This document shows positions 62,163-64,000 of a stretch of DNA of 64,000 nt, one piece after another. Each line of letters opens with the position of its first letter. Positions within the stretch are counted from its first letter, which is position 1. The DNA comes from Octopus vulgaris (taxonomy: Eukaryota), in the NCBI GenBank assembly GCA_951406725.2, contig OX597817.1, positions 24,490,001 to 24,554,000 of the forward strand. Reading direction: 5' to 3'. The notes below the pieces were generated by a model. That model was given only the letters and a program-made list of their open reading frames with translations. It was not told the DNA's origin and ran no database searches. Position numbers and translations under genes: made by a program.

Positions 62163-62814
62163 TTGATAAGTGTTACTTAATTTAATCATTAATATGGCTT
62201 GGTCAATCTGTAAGTGGTTTGTGTACTATCAATGGATATGTCTCCGTTTCTAGTTTGAAAATCAGTGCTTACATCATGTTTAATATGAATTACATTAGAA
62301 TCTTATCAGATGCTAAAAAAATTTCTTTTGTATTGTTTGGTGTTATCTTTTTCATTTTTGATGGAAATTATGGTTTCATTACCAAACTACTGCTTAGTAC
62401 TGCTAGATGACCTTTTTTTACAGTTAAACATCCAACTGTAAAATAGGAGTCGAACATATCTTTTTGCCAGCTAAGCATACTGGAACATACAGACTTATGC
62501 AAATTGCACAGTCACAACACAATTTAGACTGTTATCCAGGATATTAATTTCACTGCATTTTTATTTCATTTAGCCTTTCTACATGAAATGTTTCCTTAGG
62601 TTTAAAGCATATAGACGTGATGTGCAATACACAGTTACACTGTTTAAGCATAGTATCTGCATTGAGAATTCATAGAATTTTACTTCAAATGGGCATAATT
62701 CTTTTTTTCATCTTTTCCAGTTCACCAATGCTTGGTTGCCTCTTTTCCTAGATTTTTCAATTTAGATAATTTTCTCTTGTTCTTTTAGAGATATACTTTA
62801 GCTTGCTGAAATGT

Positions 62815-62886
62815 AAATGCATACATATATTTATGTATGTATATGTATGCATATACATACATATACACATGCACACATAAATACAT

Positions 62887-62947
<61 letters not shown>

Positions 62948-63005
62948 TGTATATATAAATGTATATATATATGTATATATAAATGTATATATATATCTAT
63001 ATATG

Positions 63006-63040
<35 letters not shown>

Positions 63041-63048
63041 GTATATAT

Positions 63049-63089
<41 letters not shown>

Positions 63090-63200
63090 CATATATATAT
63101 ATATATATACATATATGCATGTATGAATGTACGCATGCATGCATACATATATGAACGCATATATGTCTATGTATGTATGTATGTAAGTATGCATGTATGT
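62815..63200. repeat. (TA)n/(TATG)n microsatellite
   Basis: Seen directly. Confidence 0.98.
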
Positions 63201-64000
63201 GAAGAGAAATTTTAGAATTCGATATCTGAAAAGTTTTGCTTTCATGTTTCTGTGAGAGTGGTCAAGCTGGCCCTATAGTAGGATTATCTATTCATTTTCA
63301 AAAACCATTTCATCTGCACCATCTCTCTCTTATAGAGTAAATTCCATTATGCTGAAAATTTCCAGAGCCAAAAGTAATCAACTCCATCATGATATCTGTT
63401 CATGTAGGCATCATGTTTACTGATCAATTTGATTCGATTGTCTCTTCACGGTCATTAGATATTCTGTAGTTAAAGTTTCTATATTGTACTAAGTAGTATG
63501 TTTCTGGCACTTTCTAGTGGGAAAGCTTTGTTACAATGCATTGATAAATAACTTCATGATCAAAGCTTCTAGTTTCTTTAGCAATACCAAATCAATCGAT
63601 TTTTCCTCATTTTAATTTTTCCTGGGCATTAACATAAAGGGTTTTTTCTTTTTCAATTTTCTCAACATTCGTTTAACTTTCTTGACATGCCTTTATCATG
63701 AAAATAAGTCGAAGACTTTCGTCCTACTGTGGCATGATATTTTAATATCTTTGCATCTAAGGATATTCATTTTGAGGTCCAAATATGAAGTTCTCCAAGT
63801 GCAATTTTAAGTTACAGCCTAGAGGCCATATGATTGTATTTTACTTCAACCATATCAGTATTCTTGACATGCTTGCAGTTTTATCTGTGAAGCTATTTTT
63901 TCCCTTCATGATGATGTTTTTTACTTTAAACCAGTCATACATTTATAAAAACGTTTTTACATATTTCAACTTGATTATTGTTCTAATATGTGCAATGTCA

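Noticed and set aside
63300-63960. Protein-like composition on the minus strand
   Set aside because: Stops in all frames and no identifiable family.

Overview
This is AT-rich eukaryotic DNA, most likely octopus (coleoid cephalopod). That assignment rests on my recognition of its tRNA-derived SINE families, RTE 3' ends with (GAT)n tails and long (TA)n/(CA)n microsatellites, not on a database search. No intact host gene is visible, and nearly all of the listed ORFs are artefacts of SINEs and microsatellites. The window is a mosaic of three tRNA-headed SINE families, truncated RTE, CR1 and R4-like LINE remnants, three decayed mariner transposons, Helitron-like non-autonomous elements, a TTAA MITE and an ORF1(gag)-only retroelement. 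The strongest signal the ORF track misses is a set of seven type-I hammerhead-ribozyme motifs (CUGANGA...GAAA, mostly with a palindromic stem III) in short non-coding elements of different sequence. Three keep an intact core with all three helices, two carry the compensatory U3-A8 core variant, and one of the intact ones sits behind a tRNA-type Pol III promoter. Together they suggest a diverse family of Penelope-associated or retrozyme-like elements. There are also weak traces of decayed exons. Coordinates were counted by eye and may be off by a few bases.
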